Shown here: piece by piece, positions 36,629-47,428 of the stretch
Layout: every line of letters begins with the position of its first letter
Position numbering within the stretch: position 1 is the stretch's first letter
Assembly (NCBI GenBank): GCA_039933785.1
Contig: JBDTNL010000007.1
Location: 5,466-69,465, forward strand
Length of the DNA stretch: 64,000 nucleotides
Direction of reading: 5' to 3'
Origin: Acidobacteriota bacterium
Lineage (GTDB): Bacteria; Acidobacteriota; Thermoanaerobaculia; Multivoradales; JAGPDF01
The notes under the pieces: model-generated
What the model was told of the DNA's origin: nothing
Database searches by the model: none
Seen by the model: only the letters and a program-made list of their open reading frames with translations
Translations under genes and position numbers: made by a program

Positions 36629-38436
36629 CGATCGACCTCTCCGGCGACTGCTGCGAGCACGTCCGGCTCCTCACCGGCCGGTCGAACGTGGAAGAAGGAT
36701 TCGTAGATCGCGCGGGCCACCGGTGCCGCGGCGTGGGAGCCCTTGCCGCCGTGCTCGACGAAGACCACCACCACGAGCTTGGGATCGTTAGCGGGAGCGA
36801 ACGATGCAAACCAGGCGTGGTCGCGCTGTTCAAAGGGCAGGGTCGTGCTGTCGAGCCACGACTTCTGGCCCACCACCTGCACGGTGCTGGTCTTCCCCGC
36901 GATGTCGACCCCCGGTACGCGCGCCTCCTTGCCGGTGCCGCCGTCGTTGACCACCGCCCACAGCGCATCGCGCACGGTACGAAGGATGGCGCCGTCGAGC
37001 GCCAGCGACTCACCCGGGGCCACCGGGGCGTCCTTCACGAGATGCGGGGTGACCCGAACTCCGCCGTTGGCGACCGTCGCCATCATCGCCGCCATCTGCA
37101 CCGGAGTCACCAGCAGGGGACCCTGACCGATGGCGACCGAAATGGTTTCACCTGGGTACCACGGCGTACCGCGGGCCTTGAGACTCCATCGAGGATCCGG
37201 CACCAGGCCGGACTTCTCGCCGCTGACGTCGATGCCGGTGGGCAGGCTAAAGCCGAACAGCCGGGCGTAGCGCGCGATGCGCTCGATGCCAAGCCTCTGG
37301 CCGAGCTGGTAGAAGTAGATGTCGCACGATCCGCGCAGCGCGTCGCGCAGGTTGACGCGTCCGTGACCCTCGCGTTTCCAGCAGCGATAGGGATGGTTGT
37401 AGAAGTTCGCCACTCCGTTGCAAAAGACGCTTTCCTCCGGCGTGACCACATTCTCGGACAGGCCGGCGATGGCGACGATGATCTTGAAGATCGATCCCGG
37501 CGAGTAGGTGTTCTGCAGTACGCGATTCTGCAACGGGTTGTTCGGCGCGTTCAGGATCTGCTGCCACTCGTCGGCTTGCAGCCGGCGCGCGAACAAGTTG
37601 GGGTCATACGACGGTGTGGAGACCAGGGCGAGAATCTCGCCGTTGCGCGGATCGAGCGCCACCACCGCGCCGACGCGATCGCCCATGGCGCGCTCGGCGG
37701 CCTGCTGGAGGTCGATGTCGAGGCTGAGCGTCAGGCTCTGACCGGGCTCGGCCGGCTGCATGTGCTTTTCTTCCAACAGACGGCCGCGGCTGTCAACCAC
37801 CACGACCCGGGCGCCGTTGCGCCCCCGCAGCTCGTTGTCATAGCGCGCCTCGACGCCCTTCTTGCCGATCATCTCGCCGGACACGCCGCCGGCCGCCAGC
37901 TCCTTCTCTGACGGCTCGCCCAGATAGCCGAGGACTTGCGCCGTTTGGTCGCTGTGGCGGTAGAGACGCAAATGTCCGACCTCGACCTCGAACTCCGGGT
38001 GCTCGAGGCTGCCGACTCCGAAGCGGGCAACCTGCGCCAGAGTGAGATTTTCGGCCAGCAAGACCGGCGCGTAGCTCGCGGTGGTCTTGTAGCGGCCCAG
38101 AGTCGACGTGAGGTCAGCGGCCGGCCGGCCGAGGATACCGGCAGCGTATTGGATGCTGGCGTCGATCAAGCTCGCCCGGCTCCGGTCGAGCTGCAAGTTG
38201 TAACTCGGGATGTTCTCGACCAGCAGTCGGCCCTGACGGTCGTAGATCAAGCCGCGCGGCGCCTTGATCGGCAGCTTGCGCAGGCGATTGTTGTCGGCGA
38301 GCTCCGAGTAGTAGCTGCCGCGCACGATCTGCACGAACCAGAAGAACGAGGCCACGACGACGACCGCGATCACCGCGACGCGGGCCAGTAGGCGCACGCG
38401 CCAGACCAGATCCTCGCGATGTTCTCCGACCCTCAT
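36625..38436 (-). CDS. mrdA: Penicillin-binding protein 2 (peptidoglycan D,D-transpeptidase MrdA)
   Basis: SxxK SPGSIFK, KTG(T) AGKTST, dimerisation domain; mreBCD context. Confidence 0.9.
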   Translation of the reverse strand: MRVGEHREDLVWRVRLLARVAVIAVVVVASFFWFVQIVRGSYYSELADNNRLRKLPIKAPRGLIYDRQGRLLVENIPSYNLQLDRSRASLIDASIQYAAGILGRPAADLTSTLGRYKTTASYAPVLLAENLTLAQVARFGVGSLEHPEFEVEVGHLRLYRHSDQTAQVLGYLGEPSEKELAAGGVSGEMIGKKGVEARYDNELRGRNGARVVVVDSRGRLLEEKHMQPAEPGQSLTLSLDIDLQQAAERAMGDRVGAVVALDPRNGEILALVSTPSYDPNLFARRLQADEWQQILNAPNNPLQNRVLQNTYSPGSIFKIIVAIAGLSENVVTPEESVFCNGVANFYNHPYRCWKREGHGRVNLRDALRGSCDIYFYQLGQRLGIERIARYARLFGFSLPTGIDVSGEKSGLVPDPRWSLKARGTPWYPGETISVAIGQGPLLVTPVQMAAMMATVANGGVRVTPHLVKDAPVAPGESLALDGAILRTVRDALWAVVNDGGTGKEARVPGVDIAGKTSTVQVVGQKSWLDSTTLPFEQRDHAWFASFAPANDPKLVVVVFVEHGGKGSHAAAPVARAIYESFFHVRPAGEEPDVLAAVAGEVDR

Positions 38437-38439
38437 GGC

Positions 38440-38955
38440 TTAGTTGAAGTGTACTCGCGCCGTGCGGTTGGTGCGCCAACTCGTGTAGCGCGAGCGCCAG
38501 AAACCGAGACCCGTCCACACCGCGAGACCGACGAACGCTGTGGTACCGACCCGCACCAGTGCCCAGGCCGGCTGTGGCAGGACAGGATCGGGGAAGACCG
38601 TCAAGGCCAGGAGCGCGAGAAGAACCTGCTGCGCCGCGGAGGCCAGGGTGAACGCGAGCATCACGCCGGTCGGGCGTTGGATCACTACCCGCTGCGCCAC
38701 CTTGGCGGTGGCGTAGCCCACGATCGTGTCGGTTACACCGTACAGGCCGTAGATGCCTCCCCCGAGCGTGTCCTGCACCAGACCGACGAGCACGCCGGCG
38801 AGGAGACCAGCCAGTGCGTCGCCCTCGAGTCCCTGGAAGACCAAGACGACCAGGAAGAGGTCGGTTGCCAGCGGAAACTGCGGCACCAGCCGCACGCCGA
38901 CGAAGTGGGTGAGGAGCGCCAGCCCCAAGCCGAGGAAGAACCTAAGGATGCGCAA
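38440..38955 (-). CDS. mreD: Rod shape-determining protein MreD
   Basis: 171 aa hydrophobic; TTG start with AGGAG 8 nt upstream. Confidence 0.8.
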   Translation of the reverse strand: MRILRFFLGLGLALLTHFVGVRLVPQFPLATDLFLVVLVFQGLEGDALAGLLAGVLVGLVQDTLGGGIYGLYGVTDTIVGYATAKVAQRVVIQRPTGVMLAFTLASAAQQVLLALLALTVFPDPVLPQPAWALVRVGTTAFVGLAVWTGLGFWRSRYTSWRTNRTARVHFN

Positions 38956-39781
38956 TCGGCGACTCCTTCAGGTTCTGCGGCAGTGCGACGTGATCGACCA
39001 GGTACGCTTGGTCGAGCAGGCCGAAGTCGACCGCCGGAGCCACCGCGATCGAGAGGAAGCCGCTCCCCGGCTCCACGCGCGAGACCGTGCCGATCGGCAG
39101 TCCGCGCGGGTAGACGCCGTCGATGCCGCTCGACAGCACGCGGTCGCCCACTTCCACCTGCGCTTGCAGAGGCACGTAGTCTAGAACCAGTCCACCCTGC
39201 CCGTCGCCGCGAATGATGCCCTGGCGCCGACCGCGTTCGAGCATGGCGCCGACACTGGCGGCACGATCCGTGATCATCTGGACCTTGGCGTAGGGGCCCG
39301 ACACGGCGATCACCCTCCCGATCAATCCGGAGGCGCTTACCACCGGCTGATTGACCGTGGTGCGCCCGATCGAGGCGCGCACCACGAGCGTGCGCAGCCA
39401 AGAGGCGTAGTCGACGTAGACGATGTCCGCAACCCGCAGCGTCGCGCCGCGATCGCGCTCGTAGTCGAGCGCCGCGGCCAGGCGTCGCGCCTCGTCATCG
39501 ACGTCTTGCAGACGCAGCAGCTCGAGACGCAGGTGCTCGCTCTCCGCGACCATGCGGCGGTTCTCTTCGACCAGGGCGGCGCGCTTGCGAAACTCGTCGC
39601 GCAACCCGACCACACCTGCGGCGCCCGAGTCGACGCTGCGCGCGATCGGGGCCAAGACCGCAAGCCCGATGTTCTCAGGTAGGCCGCCGCTCTTCGCCGG
39701 GTTGGGCACCTGCAGAGACAGCAGGATGATCTGCCCGAGCAGGATAAGGACGAAGAGATTGCGGATCTGCCTTTCGTTCAC
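38942..39781 (-). CDS. mreC: Rod shape-determining protein MreC
   Basis: N-terminal TM, coiled coil, beta-rich C-term; gene order mreB-mreC-mreD. Confidence 0.85.
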   Translation of the reverse strand: MNERQIRNLFVLILLGQIILLSLQVPNPAKSGGLPENIGLAVLAPIARSVDSGAAGVVGLRDEFRKRAALVEENRRMVAESEHLRLELLRLQDVDDEARRLAAALDYERDRGATLRVADIVYVDYASWLRTLVVRASIGRTTVNQPVVSASGLIGRVIAVSGPYAKVQMITDRAASVGAMLERGRRQGIIRGDGQGGLVLDYVPLQAQVEVGDRVLSSGIDGVYPRGLPIGTVSRVEPGSGFLSIAVAPAVDFGLLDQAYLVDHVALPQNLKESPIAHP

Positions 39782-39830
39782 CGCGTTGTCCGCCTGCTTC
39801 GACTGCGTTGCTCCGAAGTGGAAAGCGACC

Positions 39831-40904
<1,074 letters not shown>

Positions 40905-42338
40905 TTACAGACTCTCCACGAACACGCGATGGCGGCGCATCGTTTCGACACCTTGCGCGTTGCGCGCCCGTACCTCGACGAAACTCCAGCCCTCGGCGGC
41001 AACCTGCACGGTCTTGGTGAACGATCCGTCGGCCTCGACGGTGACCGCTTCGCCGTTCACCTGCACCGTGCACCCGGGTTGCGTGCGGCCGGCGACGATG
41101 AACAAGCTGCCGTACGATTTGACGTCCTCGAGATCCAGGGTGGGCGGCGCCTTGTCGCTGCTGTCGACTCCGACCTCATGGGCCGATAGACGCAGTTCGC
41201 GCGCCGCGCTCCAAGCGCCCGGAAGGCCGTCCTTGCTGAGCGCGGCGACCCGCCAGAGGAAGGTTCCTTCGCCGCGCACTCCGAGGCTAGCACGGGTCTT
41301 CGTGCGGTTGTCGACGTCGATGATGTTGTCCACGAACAGTCGATTGCGCGAGACCTGCAGCGCGTAGCGAACGGCGCCGGGCACGGCGTCCCAGGCGAGA
41401 TCGAGCTGCTTGGTCGAGGCCGGGTTGAGCTCGACGCCGTCGCCGGGGGCGAGCAGGGTGGGTGCCGCCGCGACCGCCTTCGCTTCCGAGATCTTCGCCC
41501 CGGCTCCCACGACCTGTTGCATGGCCTGCAGGCTCCGCGTAGTGCCGCTCGAGGTCGCCACCTCCATGGCACCGCGCAATGCGGCGAAGCGCGAGGCGGA
41601 CGTGGACTGATCGTAGGAGACCGAAGCCTCCGACTGTTGATCGACGCGGGCCTCGGCGACGGGTGTGCTCACCGTGCCGGAGCGCTGCGAGGTGTTCAAG
41701 TTCACCCAGCCGTATTCCATGCGGATCGACTGCTCGCCGGCGCCGCCCGCGCTGTTGCGCGTGCGCGTCACCACGAACAACGTGTTGGGTCGCACGGTGT
41801 AGAGCGTGCCGTCGAGGAACATCAATTCCGCGGAGCCACTCGAGCCGGTCTTCACGTAATCGCCGGACCGCAGGCTGACGCGGGCCCGCGCCGACTCCCA
41901 TTCGCCGCTTTCACCGTTCCTGAACTCGACCCCGCCTTGGACGGAGATGAATTGCGCCTCGCCTGCGGCGCCATGGTGCCCGAGTGCGTCGAGCACCGAG
42001 ACCAGCAGTGCTCGGCTGCGACGCGCGAGGTCGAGCGCGGTGCGGAACTCGCCGCCCGCAAAGTGCGTGCGTGCCTGCTGCAGCCCTTCCGTTGCGCTGG
42101 TGTATTCGGTGCGGTAGACCTCGGCGCCGCTTTCGGTCTGCAGGCGTTGCGAGAGGACCAGGACTTCGTCGATAACTGCGGCGGCGTCGTGCTCGGCGTT
42201 GTACTGGTTCCATTGCCGGAACCCGAAGTACCCGAGGGCAGCCGCTCCGGCCAGCACAAGAAGGATCGCCCACCCGCGCAGGGTGTCGACAGAGATGCTG
42301 TACCAGTCTGAAGCCTTGGTCTTAGACGTTGGGGCCAA
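40905..42338 (-). CDS. Membrane-anchored FecR-domain protein with C-terminal Ig/FN3-like region
   Basis: N-terminal TM; FecR-like SGDYVKTGSSGSAELMFLDGTLYTVRPNTLF; TTG start with GAGG upstream. Confidence 0.6.
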   Translation of the reverse strand: MAPTSKTKASDWYSISVDTLRGWAILLVLAGAAALGYFGFRQWNQYNAEHDAAAVIDEVLVLSQRLQTESGAEVYRTEYTSATEGLQQARTHFAGGEFRTALDLARRSRALLVSVLDALGHHGAAGEAQFISVQGGVEFRNGESGEWESARARVSLRSGDYVKTGSSGSAELMFLDGTLYTVRPNTLFVVTRTRNSAGGAGEQSIRMEYGWVNLNTSQRSGTVSTPVAEARVDQQSEASVSYDQSTSASRFAALRGAMEVATSSGTTRSLQAMQQVVGAGAKISEAKAVAAAPTLLAPGDGVELNPASTKQLDLAWDAVPGAVRYALQVSRNRLFVDNIIDVDNRTKTRASLGVRGEGTFLWRVAALSKDGLPGAWSAARELRLSAHEVGVDSSDKAPPTLDLEDVKSYGSLFIVAGRTQPGCTVQVNGEAVTVEADGSFTKTVQVAAEGWSFVEVRARNAQGVETMRRHRVFVESL

Positions 42339-42542
42339 CTGCGGCGCCTCTATTCAGAGTCGTCAATATAGCACCAAAGCGGCAAAAAATGGCTGCTTTT
42401 GTGGGTGACCAAGGGAAGTTCGCCTTGTTCGTGGAGGAAGCGATTGCTAGAATCCGCGTCCTGCCGCCGGTCGTTCTCGACCGCGGCGCAGTGCCCGGAT
42501 CACCCCCATCGAGATCACCCCCGGGAAACAGAGGGAGTTTCA

Positions 42543-44506
42543 TGCTCAAGATCATTCGCACGAATCTTCAATATCTCCGCTGGATCCTCTGGCTGGTGGT
42601 AGCGATTTTCATCCTGTACATCTTCGCCGATTTCGGCGGCGGTCTCTCGGGCATGGGGCGCGGATCGACCTACGCCGCCAAGGTGGGCGATCAAACTGTT
42701 TCGATGGCCGAGTTCAAGGCCGCGAACCAACAGCTCGAACAGCAGTACCGGCAGATTTACGGCGAGCAGTTCAACGCCGACACCGCCAAGCAGATGCGGC
42801 TGCCGGTGCAGGCGCTCGACCGAGTGATCGCGCAGAAGATATTGCTCGCCGAAGCCCGGAAGATGGGCCTCGCGACCAGCGATCAGGAACTACGGCATTC
42901 GATTCTTTCGATGGCGGCCTTCAAGGACGAGTCCGGCGCCTTCATCGGCGACCAGGCCTACCACGATCTCCTGGTTTCCAATGAGCGCAATCCGGAGATC
43001 TTCGAGCGCGAGATGCGCGATCAATTGACCATCGAGAAGCTCACCCAGGCCTTGCAGGAAACGGTGCGGATTGCCGATGTCGACGTCGAGAAGGCGTATC
43101 GCGAGCAAAGCGACAAGGCCAAGATCCGCTTCATGGTCCTCGCGGCGACGCGTTTCCAGCCCGTCGGCGCGCCGGCGACCGCCGAGCAGGCCAAGGCGTA
43201 CTTCGAGGCGCACAAGGAGTCGTTCCGGCTGCCCGAGCAGCGCATCGTCGACTACGTCCTGGTCGATGGCCAGAAGACCATGGCGACGACAGTGGTGAGC
43301 GACGCCGACGCCAAGGCCTACTACGACCAGAACACCGCGGAGTTCGCCCAGGAAGAGCAGGTTCGGGCGCGCCACATTCTCCTCCAGGTGAACGACAAGC
43401 GCACCGAGGCCCAGGCGATGAGCCAGGCGCAGGCACTCCTCGCTCGCTTGAAGAAGGGCGAGGACTTCGGCAAGTTGGCGGCTGAAGCGTCGGAAGACCC
43501 CGGCAGCAAGACCCGCGGCGGCGACCTCGGGTTCTTCGGTCGCGGCCGGATGATCAAGGAGTTCGAAGAGGCCGCGTTCGCCGCCCAGCCGGGCGAGGTC
43601 GTGGGTCCGGTCAAGACCTCGTTCGGAGTTCACCTCATCCGCGTCGAAGAAAAGAAGCCAGGTGGCCAGCTGACCTTCGAGCAGGCGAAGCCGCAGATCC
43701 TCAACCGCCTGCGCTCCGAGCGGGCGCAGGCGGCGACCGAAGCCAAGGCCAAGGAGCTGGCGGCCAAGCTGGGCAAGGAGAGCGATCTCGACGCTGCGAA
43801 GCTCCGCAGCGCGATCGCTGCCGACAGCGCGGTCGCCACGGTCGAGACCACGGCGCCCTTCGGCCGTAGCGAACCCGTGCCGGGAATCGGCGCCGGATCG
43901 CCGTTCGCGAGCGCGGCGTTTGCGCTCGAGAAGGGCAAGCTCTCGGAACCCGTCCGCATTCCGCGCGGCTTCGCCCTGCTGACCGTGCGCGAGGCGCGCC
44001 CGAGCCGGTTGCCCGATTTCGCCGAGGCGGAGACCAAGGTGCGCGCGGCGATCGAAAATGAGCGCCGCAACGATCTCGCCATGCAGCAAGCGCGAGATGC
44101 GCGCGCCCAGCTTGGCGATGGCAAGACGCTCGATGAGGTTGGCAAGGGACTTGGTATCGACGTTCGCGACAGTCCCGAGTTCGGCCCGACCGGCTTCATC
44201 GCCGGTCTGGGCCTCAACCCGCAGGTGAACGAGGCCGTCTTCGCCCTCAAGCAGGGCGAGTTCGGTGGCCCGGTGGCAACGCCGCAAGGCCCGGTGATCT
44301 TCCAGGTCGCCGAGCGCAAGGGCTTCGACCCCACGGACTTCGCCAAGCAGAAGGAACAGCTGAGCACGAATTTGCAGCGCGAGGCGGCCAACAAGCTGCT
44401 CGCGTCGCTGGTGGAGCAACGCCGGCAGGAACTCAAGGTTTCCTACGACCGCCAGCTCCTGCAACAATTCGGAGTGCTCGACGACGAGGGCAAGGCGAAG
44501 GGCTAG
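42543..44506 (+). CDS. Periplasmic chaperone PpiD-like (N-terminal TM, SurA-N-like domain, parvulin PPIase domain)
   Basis: GAGGGAG RBS; N-terminal TM ILWLVVAIFILYIF; parvulin segment ARHILL...GGDLGFFGRGRM...GVHLIRVEE. Confidence 0.8.
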
Positions 44507-44606
44507 CCCTCCCGGTGCGGATCCCGCGCCGTCGAACACCTCGTTCGACGGCGTCACCTTCATCGAGCTGCGCTTCAAACTCCCGGCCGAGGACTAGAAT
44601 CGGCGC

Positions 44607-44915
44607 ATGGCCAATTCCCGCAAGCTCCAGTTGCGCTGCCCGGACTGCGGCAGCGACTTGACGATCGACGCCGAGACCGGCGAGATCCTCTTCCACAAGA
44701 AGCCGAAGCAGGCCCCCGCCGAGGGCAAGACCTTCGACGAGCTCTTCGCCGGCATGAAAGCCGAGCGCTCCCGCGCCGACGAAATCTTCGAACGCGAAAA
44801 AGCCGCCTTCAAGGATCGCGACCGCCTGCTGGACGAAAAGTTCAAGGAAGCGGTGAAGCGGGCCGAAGAAGATCCGGACACCGGCCGGCCGATTCGGCCA
44901 TTCGATCTTGACTGA
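44607..44915 (+). CDS. Small Lys/Glu-rich zinc-ribbon protein (CPDCGS), hypothetical
   Basis: 102 aa, very strong GC3 bias; overlaps antisense the tail of the disrupted vapC frame. Confidence 0.6.
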   Translation: MANSRKLQLRCPDCGSDLTIDAETGEILFHKKPKQAPAEGKTFDELFAGMKAERSRADEIFEREKAAFKDRDRLLDEKFKEAVKRAEEDPDTGRPIRPFDLD

Positions 44916-44926
44916 AGGTTCGCCGA

Positions 44927-45190
44927 GTGATCAGGTCCCGGAGCGATGACCCGTGCGGCAGGCCGCCCGACGAGCGCCTGGCAGAACGCGAGTGCCGTTG
45001 GCAGCGCCGAAGGCTCGCGGAAGACTCGGCCATTGGTCACGATGCGAACAAACCCGCCGAGCGTCAAGACGGATAGGGCGAAGGGCTCGCGACCGGTCGC
45101 CAGGTTCGAGAGCCACTGCGCGTAGCGGGAATGCTCTTGCGCATCCCTGCGATGCGCATGGACGAGCACATTGACGTCCGGGGCGAGCAT
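44927..45190 (-). pseudogene. vapC: vapC (PIN-domain toxin) remnant: first about 88 codons intact, C-terminal half of PIN domain missing
   Basis: MLAPDVNVLVHAHRRDAQEHSRYAQWLSNLATGREPFALSVLTLGGFVRIVTNGRVFREPS matches the VapC N-terminus (Asp5, Glu35); frame then reads through into the Ser/Arg-rich antisense of the 44607-44915 gene with no further PIN acidic residues. Confidence 0.6.
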
Positions 45191-45192
45191 CC

Positions 45193-45348
45193 TCAGCGCT
45201 CTCCGGGCTCTCTTTTGTAGGTCGCCTCGTCCTCCGCGACGAGCAATTCCGAGGAGCGATTCAGATCGACGCCGGCGTGGGTTCCTCCCCGCCCCGCGGT
45301 GATCAAGCGAAAGGGTGGCGGCTTTGCGGCCGAGGGCTCAGCGACCAA
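45193..45348 (-). pseudogene. Possible vapB antitoxin remnant (no ATG; TTG only), stop overlaps vapC RBS
   Basis: Frame ...LITAGRGGTHAGVDLNRSSELLVAEDEATYKREPGER* ends TGAGGATG; same frame continues directly from htrA stop; no canonical start. Confidence 0.25.
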
Positions 45349-45369
45349 CCGTTGGAGAGCCCGCTTGAC

Positions 45370-46662
45370 TCAAAGCGGAAAGCTCAAGTTGTACGCATAC
45401 CTTCCCCGCTGAACGACGAGCAGCAGTCCACCCCGGTCGATGCCCCGCAGCACTTCCCGGCCGAGCGCCTCGACGGTGGTGATCTCCTGCCCATTCGCTC
45501 CGAGCACCACGTCGCCTCTGCGAAGCCCGCGCTCGGCCGCGGCGCTGCCGGTTACGACCGAGGTGATGAGCAGACCGCCGCGCTGACTCTCCACCCGCAG
45601 GCCGATGCCGCGCTCGAGAAGTCCGAGGCCAAGGTCTTGGGGTGGGCTCTCGGGACGCAGCTGCACGCTCAGCGTCTGATCGCCGCGACGCAATTGCAGA
45701 GGAATGGCGCTGCCGACAGCGACCGAATACACCGCGGTGGTTACGTCCTCGCGCGCCGCGATCGGCAGACCGTTGACGGAAACGATTGCATCGCCGTCCT
45801 TGAGGCCGGCGCGGAAGCCGGGCGACCCCGGATAGACCTTGGTGACCAGAGCGCCGCGTTGGAGACTCATCTCGTTCTCGCGGGCGGTCTCGGCGTCTAG
45901 GGTTTGTAGCCGCAGTCCCGTCCACACCGGGCGCAATTCGCCGAAGCGCAGCAAGTCGCCGACAACGCGTTGCGCGCGATCGGAGGGGATGGCGAAGCCG
46001 ATGCCGTTGGCGCCCGAGATGATCGCGGTGTTGATGCCGATCACGTCACCGGCCAAATTGACCAGCGGGCCGCCGGAATTGCCGGGGTTGATCGAGGCGT
46101 CGGTCTGCAGGAAATCGGTGAAGACCCGCTGGCCGTTCTCGGACGGCACCGCGCGCCCGCGCGCCGACAGCACGCCGGTGGTGACGGTATGCGAGAGACC
46201 GAACGGGTTGCCGATCGCGACCACGGTCTCGCCGATCATGAGATCCGCGCTCTTGCCGAGGGGCCGTGCCGGCAGGCCTTTGCCTTCGACCTTGAGCACG
46301 GCGAGGTCGGCGTCGCGGTCCGAACCCAAGACGTCGGCCTCGAGCTCGCGGCCGTTGAGCGTCGTGACCACGATGCGCGAGGCGCCCTCGATCACGTGTG
46401 CGTTGGTGAGCACGATGCCGGTGGCGTCGATGATCAAGCCGGAGCCGAGCGATTGGGTGCGGCGGCCCCGGCTCTGTCCGAGCAGGCTGCCGAAGAAGGG
46501 GTCGACGTCGCGCACCATCGACTCGGCGGAGACGTTGACCACGGCGGGTGAGATCTTGTCCACGACTTCGACGACCGGAGTCCGGCGCAGCGAAAGCTGT
46601 GCACCGGCGACCGCGGGAAGAGCGAACAGGAGAAGGACGGGGAGTGAGATGGGGCGCTTCAT
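45370..46662 (-). CDS. HtrA/DegP family periplasmic serine protease with two PDZ domains
   Basis: Signal MKRPISLPVLLLFALPAVAGA; catalytic triad context TNAHVI, DLAVLK, GNSGGPL; two PDZ-like regions. 166-codon upstream extension in ORF track is non-coding. Confidence 0.85.
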   Translation of the reverse strand: MKRPISLPVLLLFALPAVAGAQLSLRRTPVVEVVDKISPAVVNVSAESMVRDVDPFFGSLLGQSRGRRTQSLGSGLIIDATGIVLTNAHVIEGASRIVVTTLNGRELEADVLGSDRDADLAVLKVEGKGLPARPLGKSADLMIGETVVAIGNPFGLSHTVTTGVLSARGRAVPSENGQRVFTDFLQTDASINPGNSGGPLVNLAGDVIGINTAIISGANGIGFAIPSDRAQRVVGDLLRFGELRPVWTGLRLQTLDAETARENEMSLQRGALVTKVYPGSPGFRAGLKDGDAIVSVNGLPIAAREDVTTAVYSVAVGSAIPLQLRRGDQTLSVQLRPESPPQDLGLGLLERGIGLRVESQRGGLLITSVVTGSAAAERGLRRGDVVLGANGQEITTVEALGREVLRGIDRGGLLLVVQRGRYAYNLSFPL

Positions 46663-46843
46663 GAAGCGCTTGGGATGCAAGGACGATACCGACTCGCGAC
46701 ACGCATCCGCAATTGCTACACTGATTGTAGTGTCCCAACCGTTACCTCGCAACAGTGGTTCGGTCGCGGTGCTCGCCCCGCCTGAGGCGGCGCTGCCCGC
46801 GGCGGCGTCCGACTTCCCTCGTCGGATCTTGACCGTCGCCTGG

Positions 46844-47416
46844 ATGTCGATCCTGCTCGGTTTCGCCATCGAGGCGTTGCTCCTCGCCGTGGCGACGGGG
46901 ATGAGCGGCGGCCTAGTACAACCGGCCCCATTCGTTGCCGACCTGGTGCAGAAAGTCTCTTGGTCATTCTTGGTTTGCCTCGGACTCGGCATCGGCACAT
47001 CGGTCGTCAAGGCGCGTCCGGCGGCCATGGGCGCGCTTGGCTTCGTCGCCGCGCCGGTCGCCTTCTCGATCGCCAAGGCACTGCACAAGGGCATGGGCGC
47101 GGCCCTCGGCGTGGCGGGTGTAGTGGCCGGCCCCTCGACGTTTCTGATCGCCCTGCTCAAGGCCGTCGAGTACGGTGTGTTTGGCGTCGTGCTCGGACGG
47201 GTCAGCCAGAAACCGGGTGCGGGTCTCGGCCTCTACACGGTGATTGGTCTCGCAATCGGTGTGGTGTTCGGCGGGGCGATCACCGCGCTCATCGCACAGG
47301 CCGGAGCGACAGGCTCGGGTCTCGCCACCAAGGCGATCAACGAGCTGATCTTTCCGCTTGGCTGCTCGCTGGTCCTGTACGTGGCCGACGCGCTCGGTCG
47401 AAACACCGCTTCATAA
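46844..47416 (+). CDS. Small hydrophobic membrane protein (about 190 aa, 4-5 TM), hypothetical
   Basis: Strong GC3 bias from ATG 46844; start uncertain. Confidence 0.5.
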   Translation: MSILLGFAIEALLLAVATGMSGGLVQPAPFVADLVQKVSWSFLVCLGLGIGTSVVKARPAAMGALGFVAAPVAFSIAKALHKGMGAALGVAGVVAGPSTFLIALLKAVEYGVFGVVLGRVSQKPGAGLGLYTVIGLAIGVVFGGAITALIAQAGATGSGLATKAINELIFPLGCSLVLYVADALGRNTAS

Positions 47417-47428
47417 GCAACAAGGTCT

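Noticed and set aside
42890-44578. ORF 42890..44578- (562 aa)
   Set aside because: Antisense of the PpiD-like gene (Leu/Arg/Ala-rich mirror of a Lys/Glu/Ala-rich protein).
45839-46843. 5' 335 codons of ORF 45839..47416+ and the 166-codon N-terminal extension of the htrA ORF (46663..47160-)
   Set aside because: No coding bias, no RBS. The real htrA starts at the signal peptide MKRPISL (46662), and the small membrane protein's coding bias begins at 46844.
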